From Moniliella sp. 'wahieum' (taxonomy: Eukaryota): a DNA stretch of 64,000 nucleotides. Each line of letters opens with the position of its first letter. The stretch's first letter is position 1. Positions 35,256 to 47,531 of this stretch are shown in pieces. The notes beneath the pieces were generated by a model that was not told where the DNA came from, did no database searches, and was given only the letters and a program-made list of their open reading frames with translations. The DNA lies in contig RSEE01000017.1 in the NCBI GenBank assembly GCA_003971905.1, forward strand, positions 124,001 through 188,000. The letters run 5' to 3'. The position numbers were made by a program, and so were the translations under genes.

Positions 35256-36819
35256 TTATGCCACAATACGGCAGGCCGGGGTAGAAGCAAAAGGCCAGAG
35301 TACAAAAATCACCGCTTTGATGCCGTAGGGCGAAGGAGAGGGGTGTTGGACCTCTTCGGCGGCAATGTCACCCTTGTTCTGGGCCAAAGCTGCTTTGGCA
35401 TCGGCCGAAAGAGGGTCGGCAACAACTTCGTGCATGATATCGGGCTTTTCCGCCGTAGGTGGGTTGTTTTTATGAGAGTCCGCTTGAGCACGTGTCGCCC
35501 AAGAAAGCGCCTCCTCCCGGGTCAAACCGGCCACGCTGCCCGAAGTTGGGGTGAGGGCATGTGGTTGGCAAAAGGGTTAAAGTCCTTGGTGGGATCAAGA
35601 GAACCCAGAGTATGGTTGACAAAACGGTGGGTGGCTTCATCGGCGCGGATGGCATAAATCACATCCCGCATGGTGGCCGAGTCGGGAAGGCCCCAGTACT
35701 CTTTGGCAAGTTTGACCGCCGGAAGCGTTTCCCACTCGGGAAGACGGCCTTCCTCAATGTCCTCGATGATGGACGCTGAAAAGAAATGCATGCCGATGGT
35801 TAGTATACCATTCTGCAAAGCTAGAGGACAAAAATAATGGAAAACGTACTGTAAGTGATAACCGCCTCTTCCTCCAAAGCACCAACAAAACGATGGGCAG
35901 CCTTGGGTGCAACGAGATATGCAGCGAAGAACATGTTCCAAAAACTCCCTGTGCAACGAGGATCATGGTGCGCATAAACGGGCCCACATGTCCAACGTAC
36001 TGCATCGCAACAAGGAGTGCATCCGCTCATTTTCGCGTTCGAGCAAAGTGTTAATCCAACCTTTGTCCCGGCGGCATGAGACGGAGTGATTGAAGATGCC
36101 GGCAAGCTGCGGCCACTAGACCAGGGATACCAGCCACGGTCTCGAGAAATACAAACGCGTCATCCAAGCACTCGGAGTCATGCTGATTCTTCTTGCGCAT
36201 CTCGGCCAAGTCCATGGTTGTTGGGATCCACTGCGTCCATCCTCTCTTCTTGGGTAGCGAGACTTTGAAACCGGGGGAAGGACCTTCTTTGCTCTGATCG
36301 AACCCTTTGACAGTAGGGTACATGGAGGGGTGGTGGTAACGGGTGGCAAAATCAAATGTTTTGCTGAAAAGCACGGGCAAGCGAAAAGGTGTTAGCTTCC
36401 TGTCACAACAGGGCGAGAGATATACTACAGGATTGTGGATGAGAGCAGAAAGGGTAGGAAGAAAGCCCCAAGAACATACCGAACAAGATGGATCATCCCA
36501 AATGCCAATTTGTCGGTCCAATTTTGAGGCTTGAAGTGGGAGACTTCAACGGCCTGCACATCCTTTCCCGTGTAGAGAGGCCGGAAAAGGGTCGGCGTGT
36601 CGACGGTGCTGCCCCACTGACCGTCGGCTTGGGTTCCGCTTGACTTCCTCTTGCGTGTAATTGGTCAAAGTGCGGTACATTCCGTACATGGGGCGCACAT
36701 GCGAGCAGGCCATTGTACGGGAAGAGGCAGACATGGCAAAGCAACGCCTCTGCCCGTTGCGACAGGAGCAAGCCGGGTCGGCATGCCGTCGTCGTGGGCG
36801 CGCGGAGGCAGGGAATCAT
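35256..36819 (-). CDS. AOX1: Mitochondrial alternative oxidase
   Basis: FVFLETVAGIPG, RHLQSLRLM, ENERMH, AHRFVGALEEEAVITY, IRADEATHRFVNH (di-iron ligand motifs). At least 2 introns. Many 1-bp shifts, so ends are approximate. Confidence 0.93.
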
Positions 36820-37023
36820 AGCCAAAATAAACTGAACGATGAGTGGCACAGGTTGGTGCGTCTGCGGTGTGGGTGGCGTCGAATGGGTAGGTGTGGGCGT
36901 TTTGATGGGAGTTGGGGGCGAAATGGCGGGAAGAGCTAGGCTGTCTATATACCAAGAGGGCTCGGCGAGATTTGTCCAAAAGAAGAAGTATATCATTGGG
37001 CGATCGATCGATGATGGGTGGAG

Positions 37024-37065
37024 AGTCACCGGTCACCGGTCACCGGTCACCGGTCATCGGTCATT
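37024..37065. repeat. 7-bp tandem array (GGTCACC)-type x6 upstream of AOX
   Basis: agtcacc ggtcacc ggtcacc ggtcacc ggtcatc ggtcatt, about 75 bp upstream of a minus-strand TATATA at ~36945. Confidence 0.9.
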
Positions 37066-39188
37066 AATATTCCGCATCGCACTATGCCAGTCTCGCTGCT
37101 CTGACGCCAGCGGGCCTGTAAGGGGCAGGCCAGCACTCGACACTGGATGGTGCTTTGCGCCGTCGGAGAAGCGAAGCAGCGCCGGGAAGGCCCGGTTGCC
37201 TACAGAGTCTAGACGCGGTACAGGCCGGGACAGTTTCTAACAGTTTCTGACTAGTGCAATGTCCAATGCACCCATGGGCGTGTGCTGGAGGGTCGTTGCT
37301 GCGGAGGCCCCCAAATAAAGTCGCCGCGCACACACCGGTCTAACCTCCTAACCCCACCCCAATTCTCATAAATTCCTTTTGGCAACGGAGCGATCTTTCT
37401 ATAACCACCTCTCTCGGCATCTAATGAGCCTCACCTCGGCGGCAACCGGGACCGTGCTTTTCCGTGCTTTATACCGGAAAATACCCCGAGGGCTTCCACC
37501 ACAGGATGACTTCAATGATGTGAGGATCTCAGCCTCTCCGTTTGCCTTTTATCGTTCTTCCGGGATGTCCCGCCCGAAAAGGGGGGCTACATATATCGAC
37601 AACCCCGTGGACGTACGTGTCGACATGGGCTGGTGTTACAAACATGTCCGAGGACATAGGGAAGCTGAGAGCATACCCGCATCTCGCCTATCTGTATCAG
37701 CCTATAGCCCTCAGTGCCCTCTTCATCAGCGGAGATTCTTTTAGCAACTTCGTTGTAAACATGTGCCGCGTGAACACAATCCGGGCAATGTCGGGAAGCT
37801 GGCATGCGGATCCCCGGAACTTCGAGAGGAGAGCAAAACAAAATACAGTTTCGTATATCGATCATCGACCATAATAAGACACCCAAATATGGACGCCCTC
37901 TCATATCGGGGGGGGGGGGGGCGGGAAGGTCGGGCACGCCCGGAAAAGGGTCATTACTCTCTGTATATACTAGCGGTGGTGAAAACCACTAATAAGCATT
38001 TTGTCCTGAAGGATGTGTTGCCTTCGCGTAGGTGGTGGGCGTTGTGGTAGCTGTGGGTGGGCGCTGCGGGGTCAATGCGGCAATGCTTGACGGTGGCAAA
38101 AGGCTTTTATCAGCCCGTCTTCGCTCGTGACGCGTGACATTAATAAAGCAATTAAACACCTGAGCCTCAGGCCTCACAGTCAACCGCATGGAGCGAAACA
38201 TAACCATCATGCATCAACGTTCGCAACGCATCAACGTTAGGACGGGCCCTATGGTGCTTGTATGATAGGAATGCACAGGGCATAGAAAAAACGGAAGTGA
38301 GACAACGTCGGAAGCCCGGCCTATAGGGGAGGTATAAGGGACCAGCCTGAGCCAAACGCACGGACCACGGGCCCATGACTCGCGACAACAGCCACGGCGA
38401 CTACCGCACATACGGGACAGTTAGGAATCATTTACAAATTGCGTTCTCACATACCTCTCTTCAGGTATTATATAGAGAGTTCCCTCCAAAAATATGATGA
38501 GCTCTAAGGAGGGGTCCCATAGACACGACAGGTGGTCATGTCACCTCACCGCCCCCTTGATCCTGCCAAAAAGCACAGGACTGTGTAGCCGTCACATGTG
38601 GCCAAAAAGAGGAAAAATAAGCATTTGGGCTTTTCCTCGGCCTTGAAGAATTTGAAGTTTGAACGTTGAACGCCAAGATGTTGCTGTTTTTGGTGTGTTG
38701 GGGGCTACCCAACAGGGTGGGGGGGGTGCGTGAGAGGCCAGAGGCCCATGGCAAGCTTTTCTGATTTCGTCAGACCTTTTCTCTCCATATATGATGGGGC
38801 ATTCCTTCTATCCCCGATTGTAGACAAAGAGACAGAGGGTCATGGCAATGGAAAGAGATACTGTTTCGAGCTATATTTTGCCCGTCGGCGCTGGTGCAGA
38901 ATGTATGATGCGGTGCCAGGAGAGGGCAAGGGAGGCGCCGCTGTTGGGACGAGGCAACCCTCGGGTGTCCGGCGACAGGGTGACGCGTCACGTGACGTAC
39001 GCGGTGCGGTTGTGGAGCGGCAGGGCAAGGGCGGGGCGGTGCTTGCGCGACGTGCGCTTCGCAGTTCAGCCCGGCAGATATCAGTTGCGCTGCCTGCTTT
39101 GCTGCTCGCTCTGCCTTGCGGTTCGTTGCCGTTGGCAGTTGTGGTCGCCGCCGCCATCTCCATTGACGCTGCGTGCGTGGCGCTGAAC

Positions 39189-40002
39189 ATGCTGGTTGAC
39201 GCCAAGCACACCCTGCCTCCTCCCCTCCTTCCGACCGCCCCCGCCGCCCGCAGCGTCCCCCTTCCTCCCACCCTCCGACAGCGGCCTCTGCGCCCGCCGC
39301 CCCCGAAGCACGCCGATCCTTTGATGACCACGAGGGATATGACATTGACTCGTATCAATCTGGCTCACACGGCTTGCCCCCACCCTATGCCTCGTCGACC
39401 CCAGCCCCATCCCCGGCCTCTGGCACCCGCCCACCGCCTGGCCACGTGCCCACCCCCTCCATCAGCAGGACGCTTGGAGCTGGCATTAGTCCAGGAACCC
39501 AACACCGAGGCACCACCGCCTATTCTTCCTCCCACGGCTGGAGCATCTCCAACCTCTGTTGGGCTGCCTGGGCTCTTCCTCCGTTTAGCAGCGTTGCAGT
39601 TCTCATCTACGAGACGGAGAATGTACGTTGAGTTGGGCCACTCCTTCGTGGGACTGGGTCAGAAGGGCTGACAAGTGTCTGCATGTGGTCTTACTTTTGT
39701 TTCTGCTTTTTCCGTTTGCTTTCGCGGTTTGGTTTGACCCCTACTTTCTTTAACCTTGCCAGGACTTGGCTCGCTTCCACGCGTACCAATCCGGCGTTTG
39801 TGGGGGGGCATGGATTGTGGGGTTTTTGGTCTTGAACATCCTCTTTCGCTGGAAGGTGCTCAGCTTCATCTTCCTACTGGCCGGTCTGGGCTGGTCCTGG
39901 GTCTGCGGTTCTGTCGCAGCTGAGAATGCGCCGTCATTACAGCGGGTGCCATACATTGCCTATGCCGGGCCACAGGCGGAAGAGTGGCTAGCTGAGGAGT
40001 AA
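39189..40002 (+). CDS. Conserved small membrane protein, DUF4870/Tic20-like
   Basis: Pro-rich N-terminus, then WAAWALPPFSSVAVLIYETEN|DLARFHAYQS (the FHAxQS family motif) and 2 further TM helices, ending ...GPQAEEWLAEE*. Intron 39623..39762. Start approximate. Confidence 0.75.
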
Positions 40003-40216
40003 GCGAACAAGCAAGCGAACTAGCCCTGGTTAGTCTGCCATGCATTATCAACTGTCCGCTGCCAGCCATGCCCATCCATTTGCCGCGCAAATGTTCTTCT
40101 ATATGGGTGTCCTTTATTGTTTCTCTTTTAATCAACCCATTTCTATGTGGGTCGTGCACAGATGATTCAACGCCTTGGCCAGGCTTGTAGTTTACCGTGC
40201 TCTCACCCAACACAAG

Positions 40217-40885
40217 TTATCCCTTCTCGCCATACATAAATTTGGCAGCTAGTGCACCCAGGCCACCCGAGCTCTGTAGCTGTGGTATTACACCATAGCA
40301 AAGACTAGGATTAGTACAGGTAGCTGCGTTCGGCCAGCCAGTCTCACGTACCTTTTCTTTCATCACCATCTTCATCACCATCTCACCTGCTTGTTGCACC
40401 GCATCGTTCTTGGACGCACTCGAAAGCAGGCCTTGGGCCTGCTTCGACTCGAAAATGTCCGAGGCATGGGCCATCGCGACACCCATCAATTCAGACTCGA
40501 TCCCGCCGCTCCCTCCACTGGAACTGGCTGAAGCGGAATGACCCTGCGAGCCACCGAGCACCGATTGGATAGCGCTCAGCGCGGCAGAAGCACCAATGTC
40601 ACGAGACGAGACGGGGGCGTTGCCCTGCTGGACATTCTTGTTCAAGGCCTTGATCTCCTCCTCGCTCGCACCCGGGTCGCTGGGATTGTCTTTCTTGGAG
40701 AGGAGCGAGGAAGCAATCGAGCTGAACGCACTGGCGTCCATCGTGCCGCTTCGATGCGTGCTGGTGGCAGCCCGAACCATGCTGCCCAAATCAAAGGCGC
40801 TGGAGGAGCTTGGATGGGGCTGCTGTTGTGCGACATGCGTGTCCCCGCCCAAGACTTGAGTTGCGGCGGTGACGAGGTTCTCCAT
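40217..40885 (-). CDS. Beta-flanking (beta-fg)-like small Ser/Gly-rich protein
   Basis: SSRDIGASAALSAIQ, ELMGVAMAHASDIFE, KNDAVQQAGEMVMKM, GLGALAAKFM. Intron 40280..40351. Confidence 0.7.
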   Translation of the reverse strand: MENLVTAATQVLGGDTHVAQQQPHPSSSSAFDLGSMVRAATSTHRSGTMDASAFSSIASSLLSKKDNPSDPGASEEEIKALNKNVQQGNAPVSSRDIGASAALSAIQSVLGGSQGHSASASSSGGSGGIESELMGVAMAHASDIFESKQAQGLLSSASKNDAVQQAGEMVMKMVMKEKVRETGWPNAATCTNPSLCYGVIPQLQSSGGLGALAAKFMYGEKG

Positions 40886-41719
40886 GGTGGGTGTTGGTTG
40901 AGAGGGGCGAGTGGATGAGCTGTGGGGGTGAGGAGCAAGAGGAGTGTCGGTATGGGCACATCCCAAATGGCCAACCCTCAGGGGCCGATCCCCTTTAACA
41001 GCAGAAGAGCTTGGACTGTTGGACTGGTGGTGGGTGGCGGATTGTGGCGCAGCGCGTTTAAAGCTCCCGAACAGTAGCTCTCTCCGGAGCAACGCAAGTA
41101 AAAATATAAAACGTACACAGCTTCCCTTCCCTAGCCTGTGTTTTGCGCACGGATGCGTCTACTAGCTATACCCAGCTCATAGCTGTGTGGTCAGGATGCC
41201 CATGCAGCCCTCTAGACATAAATGGCATATGAGTATGCCACGCAATGGTATGCCTACGAGAGAGCCAATTCACAATAAACGCAACAGACAACTTAGGGAA
41301 AAAAGCCACTGTGTGGGCAGGCGTTTACACGTGGATTAGTACAGCCCACCGGGGGAAACGAGGATCGAAAGTGACTTGAGAGGGCAGACGCTGGCGCGGT
41401 ACGCCGCTAGGTTCTCAGTCTCGTTGATGAGGCTGCACCGCGCTCATCAGGTGCGGAAGCATAAGTCGCAAAGTTCACACTGCGGGACGATCGCATGGGC
41501 CGGGCGCAAAACAACGCCCACAATTAAGCAGATCGAAGCTTCGACCATATCTCTTGCTCCAACGAGGGGACTCGACGGCACGACATGATTTGGGCGCATA
41601 GAGTGCTCAGGGGCTGCCACCCGTACAGCCTTGAAGCTTCTCGATTGCGCCTTTTACATCTTCGACGGGACGTCCGGGAATGGTTTAATAGGCATGCAGT
41701 GGGCGAACGCCATCGCCCC

Positions 41720-41745
41720 TCAAGCTTCAAGCTTCAAGCTTCAAG
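41720..41745. repeat. 7-bp tandem array (TCAAGCT)x3.7
   Basis: tcaagcttcaagcttcaagcttcaag. Confidence 0.85.
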
Positions 41746-42287
41746 AGAGAGAATGAAAGTGAGAGCCATGATGGGCAAGCTGCAACAAGGACAAAGGAAG
41801 TTGCCCCGTGACGCGTGACGCAGCAACGTGTCGAGCCTTTTTCTCCGCTGCTGCACGAGAGCCGCAGCCGAAAGCCGTGCGAAAAGGGAGCGGGCAGTGA
41901 AATAGGAAATCGCTATAGGACTGGATGCGGATACACGCAAAATAAGCAGAGGGCGAACGGGATTCAGACGGAAGATACATAGAGCGCGCAATAACAACCA
42001 ACTATAGAGACAGTGAGCTTGCTATTGGGTACTACCAGACCTCTCCACCAGCAAACTTTGGGTGCGAAACAGAGGCATCATTCTTTTGGACGCGCCCGCC
42101 AATGATCCCACTGACTGGCCAGGCCGTCGTGAGAAGCCGAATGAGAGATCAGAGCAAGGGCAGAGCGAGCGTGGGGCACACAGAGGCCAAAGCAGAGCTT
42201 TTCTTGGACAACCCAAACCGGGTCAGGAAAGGAAGGTACGAGCGGGAAGGCAGGGTCATGCGAGCTGCCGATTCAAGCACCTTCATC

Positions 42288-45200
42288 TCAACGCATATGG
42301 GAGACGAGCTGCTTGATGCCCACGCACGCGCGTTGCAGGTCCCCAGAAACCATGGTGGCCAGTTGGACGTGGATGTCGAGAGCGGCAGGCGCGTTGCGCG
42401 CCACGATCGCCTTGCACAGTTCGTGCAACAAGGCAATTACCGGTTCAGGCACAATCTCATTGTTGAGCGCATCCAACAGCACCCAATCCGTCCCTCCACG
42501 TCATCCGCCATTCGCTTCGGTACGCCACTGGCACGGAACTTGGCCACCTCGCCGCTAAGAACACCAACGATGGGCTTGTGGGCCGGAGGAACATCGTCCG
42601 GTCGCCGGCGGGTACTTCAGACCCGGGACCTGGGGCGTCGTCGGCCGCGGAGGCGGCGGCCGGCCCCACTGCCAGGCGGAGGTGCCATCGCAATACCAGG
42701 GGTGCCCATAGCAGGGCCCTGAATCGCGGAGGGACAAAGCCCGGCGGTCCCCCGGTCAACTGGGGCGTGATCGGAGCAAAGCCAGGGGCGGGGCTGGAGC
42801 GGTAGCCGTTGACACCACCCTGCGGTGCCATCGATGGCGGTGGCGCGTAAGGGTTTGGCTGGGGTGGACCCATGGGTGTCCGGGCTCGAAGCGGAGGAGA
42901 AAGTAGACCCTGCCCCGCGGCGCTGCTCAGACTACCCCGTGGGGGACCCATCAGTCCACCACGCATCGATCCCGCGGCGAACCAGGAACCGGCATACCCG
43001 GAGTACGAGCACGCATAGGAGGACCCATTGGCGGTCCACCAAGCAGCAGAAGCAGAAGTAGAGCCCTAGGGGTCAGCCCCGGGGGGACCCTGAGGGGGGC
43101 AATGGGCGGTTGTCCGGGTGCGGAAACAGCAGGCATATTGGGGAACGGGGCTGTGATGGGAGCAGCAGATGCCCCATTCCGCTTGCTGGACGTCGGGCAG
43201 CGAGGGTCGGGATGTCGTTCCAACCGCTCACGTCTCGCTTGGGCGGCGGCGTGGCGGGAGTGGCGGCGGCTTGATGCGCCAAAGTCTGAGCCGTTGTCGG
43301 GGGGGCGGGACCGGGGCTCCATAGGGCGTCGCCCCGTACGGAGTGGCAAACGAGGTGGCAGGTGAGCCAACCCCGGGCGCAGGCGCATACGGATTGGACG
43401 GAGAAGCATACGGGTTCGAGGCCGTGGCAGCCGGGGGTTCCACCGTGGGCACCATAGGGGCCACAGGAGTGTAAGGACTAGCAACGGCAGTGCAGGCGCG
43501 ACAGGCTTAGCTGGAGAGGAGGAGCGTACTACTCCCCCGTACCCCCATTTACCACAGATGGAACGGCAGGGGCGGATGGGGCGTACAGAGAAGAGGCAGG
43601 CGCAGCACCATATGGGTGGCTGAGGGCGCAAGCGAAGCTGACCATACCCCGTGCCGGTGCGTGCCACCCCCTTGGCCTGGAGGAGCTCGAGGGCAGCATC
43701 GGCGCCCTTGAGGGACAAATACCCAGCTGGGTGCGCTGAAGGAACGCGGCAGCTGCGTCCGTCAAGCCCTGGTCCGCCAGTAAGTTGACGTACTCGAGAA
43801 GACGGCGTAAAGCGGGGCAAGCTTATAACCATCTTCTGGGACCGAACCAGGTGGGTTTTGCAAGTCCACATCCACATACCCCACCGCCGATTCGAGACAT
43901 AATTTTCTCAATGAACGCTTGCAACGCCTCGGCGTGGGCTGAAGAGGCGCCGCGCTGAGAATAGGCCGGGTCCAGTGTACCGTTTTGGGCAGCCGCAAGG
44001 ATGGCAGCCTCTGCTCCGCCATCTCGTCACCCCAAATTTGGGCCATCTTTTCCAACCTGCCAGCTGCAAGGTAGCAACTGTAGCGTTTTTTGCGGGCGTT
44101 CGGATCTTGGCCAGAAGAGTACAAGTCTTCCAAGCGTTGGCCCAGTGCTTCGGTCAGTACGCCAAAGTCCTCCGACTTGGCGCAGGTGCACAGCACCACA
44201 AAAGTTTTGCCAGTCGGCAAGTTGGCAAAGCCACAACGTCCGCAAGGTCCTCCGAAACAATAGATTGGTACACACGCAGAAGGAGCTTGTACTACTGTTC
44301 TTGGCAAAGTAAACCGACTGGGTCTTGGCCAGCAGCTCATCTCCGCCGCGGACCGCAAGGAGAATAGCGTCTGCGTACCGATCCACCGATAAGCACAGGG
44401 ACACCGCGCTCTCAAAGTCACCCAAAATCAAGGCACGGGTTATACCTGGTCCACCGAATTCTCGTGAGCAGGGTAGATGGAGAAGGGGCCTTTTTCGACC
44501 ACTGCGGCGGGCACATCTCCCGAGACAGGAGCAGCAGCAGCAACAGGGGCTTGGGCAGAGGCGCCCAGGTTGTCGAAAAAGTCTTCGCCTCCATTCGCAT
44601 CACCATCGGCGAAAGGATCGGGTTGAGGAGGTGCAACAAGCTCCTCTTGAACTAGGGCCTCCTGGCTTGGACCCAGAGGTCACCAGAGAGTCCCTAGCTT
44701 GCTCGAGGGCAGGCACAATGGTTTCCAGCTCTTGTTTGTCACTCAAGAAGGGTGATGAGCTCATCCGTGCACTGCATTGAAACAGGGTTTGGAGGGAGGC
44801 CCAGTTAGAGCCTCCTCGGGTTGGAGCCATCGGTATCGGCAGCTTGGCCTTGCTCCGCAGCAAACTCGGCCAGGGTGCCGCTTGCCACAGCTTGTTGAAG
44901 CGCTCGGCTCGGTCCACAATGCCGGGCTCAGTGACGACTTGGCGGATGTGTACCCCAGAGTGGTTGGGATGAATGGAAACGAGCTGCCCGCCAAATGAGA
45001 AGGCAGCCGCGACGGGACGCCGAAGCCATTCGGGGCTGAACCAATGACACCACCGGGCAACGTGGGAGCAGTGACGCTGGGGAGGTTGTTGAAAAAGTCG
45101 TTGTCGTCCACCGCGCGGCCTGTTCGTGTTCCCGGGCCAGCAGCCGCAGCCGTCCTCCTCATTCTCGATTGATTGGAGTGTGGACGCCAATCTGGCGTCA

Positions 45201-46271
45201 AAGCTGGCCGTAGCGATCAGGTTGGGATGTGGGCACCACTGAGCGTCAAAGGTCCAGTTGGTACTGGGGGAGAGCTCACCCACATTTTGGCCGGTCTTCG
45301 GGTTCCAGAGAAGGGTGCGGTTGCTTTGCCGCACGATACGAGCAGGTCCTCGTCAGCCATGCACCACCCGACAGACAGGATCCCCCTCGTGTGGCCCTGA
45401 AGAATAACCTCAGGGGCGTGGGCATTGCGCAGGTTCCATACTGAGATGACCGGATTGGCATATCTTCACTTGCCGTGACAAGACGAGTAGCAGTTGTGTG
45501 GTGCCAGGCGACAGAGCTAGTACCACCTGAACGTGCACCAGGTGCTCCAAAGGCGCGGTTCCAGCCGGGCCAGCGCCACCGTCTTATGTCAGGCAAGAAA
45601 CCTCCGACTTGTTACGCAAGTCCCAGAACAACTGTATTGCCGCTGTGGATGCCGATGCTAGAATAGGAGGCACCTTGTTGTCCAGGCAAGGGCGGTGATG
45701 TCGCCAAGCTTGGCTGAGCGCTCGCCGGGCGAGTAGGCCTGGCGTGGGTCATGCAGGCCCCAAATGTAGATCTCGCCGTTGACACCGCCCGAACCTAGCA
45801 GGTTGGGCGAGAGCTTGTTGAAGTCGACGCCGCGCACAGGGCCACGGTGGCGGTTGTTGCGGAAGATTTGGGCATCGTTCACTGATCCAGCGAGCAGTTT
45901 GGAAGCATCCCAGGCGGCAAAACTCCATTGTCGAGACCAGCAGCAAGCACACCACTGGGGTGAGCCGGAGCCACGTGCCCCCACTTGAGGCGGTGGAAGT
46001 GGAAGGGAGAATGGTCAGCAATATGAGGGAATGGACCCACAAGAGAGAGACAGGGACACATACCGTGCGCCTGCCGACACAGAGACGATAGGCTTGATGT
46101 CGTCGCGGCGGCCGGCATAGTCGGGCTGCCAGAGCTCAAGGACAGAGTCGGAGGAGAGAGGAGTCGTCGAGGGCGCCCGATACAGTGCCGGTGGCGAGGA
46201 TGGGCGTGCCGGTGGCCAGGCCCTCAGGCGACCAGGCGACGGTTGGCCGTGCGAGGCAAGGCAGCCTTCAT
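42288..46271 (-). CDS. SEC31: COPII coat subunit Sec31 (WD40 + ACE1 + Pro-rich region), heavily frameshifted
   Basis: LATGTVSGALD...SVLELW, HRGPVRGVDFN...LLGSGGVNGEIYIW, WTFDAQWCP, WLRRPVAAAFSFGGQLV, LGDFESAVSLCL...ADAILLA, GWNDIP, KYPAGDR, ALDIHVQL. Confidence 0.92.
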
Positions 46272-46664
46272 GCTCGGGCAGGCGGGCTGGGCGATGGAGG
46301 GGGAAGCGAAGGAGCGGCGGCGTGGGCGGCGCAGCGGACTGGGCGGGGGGAGGGGGCAGCCTGGCACGGGGCGAGTGTGACGTGGTGTGGCCAGCAACCC
46401 TAGCGCGTGGGCCGGCCGGCCTAGTCCAGGCAAGCGCCGGCTGGTGCGCACGCAGCTGGGGCAGCCAAGGGCACACGCGGCACGGCGGCCACGTCAGCAG
46501 TCTGTTTCAACATTGCATTTGTGTTGTCTGTTCTGCCAGTCCAGCATTTCTGCAATTATCCCACTACTCTCGCATGGGCAATGGGCAGTCCTCTCGTCTC
46601 GCAGACACGCATCGATAGCATCAGTACAGTACAGCCCAGCACATCACATCGCACAGCAGCTACA

Positions 46665-47109
46665 TCAGTGCGCAATCTTCTTGGTAAGGCCCATGCGGCG
46701 CTTCTGCCGCTCCAGGCGCTTGCCCGACATCTTCTTGGCAAGCTCCTCGATCGTGCCTTGTTCGCTGCCTTTTGTCTCCGCTCCTTGATGCGCGCCACAT
46801 GCTGTTCACGTTCCGTCTCGCGCTCCGTTTTGAGCTCGCGCTCGAGCGCTTGATGCCAGCCTGCTGCGCCCGATCGCGCATCCTGCGCTCCCACTTGGTC
46901 TTCTTGGGCTTGCACGGCACATCGTTGGCCGGTGGCAAGTTGGCGTCCTGGCTGCTGACCGCCCGCTTATTGCTCGGCACGGAAGCGGCCGTCGACGACT
47001 CGGCATAAGGCGACCTGGCACGCCCGAGTCAGTACGCGCACGGGCAGCAGCGATCGCGAGAGGGAGGCACTACGCACTTGCTTGTGGTTGTGGCAGAGAT
47101 GGGCGGCAT
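46665..47109 (-). CDS. CGR1: rRNA-processing protein Cgr1
   Basis: KTKWERRMRDRAQQAGIKALERELKTERE...IKERR...LAKKMSGKRLERQKRRMGLTKKIAH*. One probable intron near 47020..47077. Confidence 0.8.
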
Positions 47110-47459
47110 GATTGGAGCAGTAGGGGGGGGTGGTTGGTAGGCACAATGCGCCGCAAGAAAAGCGGGCGAGGGAAATTTTGAGCGGAATGCTGCAACAGCG
47201 GAACCGAGCACTGATTGGCGCCGGATGGGACCGGGTGGGACATGGGATGGCTGTGACCAATCGGTGATGATGCAGGCGTCACGTGACGTATAGATGAACA
47301 TTGCAGATGGCGGCTGGCTGGCGCTGTGGCAGCCGGGGGAAGCGAGTGGAACACCTTCGTCCAGGTTCCACTGCGGGGGCAAACGGCGGTGGCTGCCCCC
47401 GTGCCCAAGCTTCCTGCGTCCGTCGACGCGGGCCCGTGTCCCGAGCGCACCACCCGGCG

Positions 47460-47466
47460 TATAAAA
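47460..47466 (+). promoter_or_regulatory. TATA box of HSP90 in the divergent CGR1/HSP90 promoter
   Basis: TATAAAA 72 bp before the ATG; CCAAT boxes at ~47214 (minus) and ~47257; palindrome GTCACGTGAC at 47278. Confidence 0.65.
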
Positions 47467-47531
47467 CGTCGCCAGCGCTCGCCCCCTGCGCCTGCTTCCC
47501 CACCACATTCCTTCCCCTTGCCGTCGTCACC

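Noticed and set aside
37500..37570. RISASPFAFYRSS resembling the DUF2252 N-terminal motif
   Set aside because: Only a ~12-aa match; no further family motifs in any frame.
40217..40885. Beta-flanking gene as a marker of an HD mating-type locus
   Set aside because: No homeodomain (WFxNxR), MIP1, pheromone or receptor gene is recognisable in the window; the linkage is known mainly from Agaricomycetes.
35256..46271. AOX and SEC31 as pseudogenes or programmed frameshifts
   Set aside because: Breaks are scattered single-base indels without slippery-site consistency, and catalytic motifs are intact; best explained as sequencing error.
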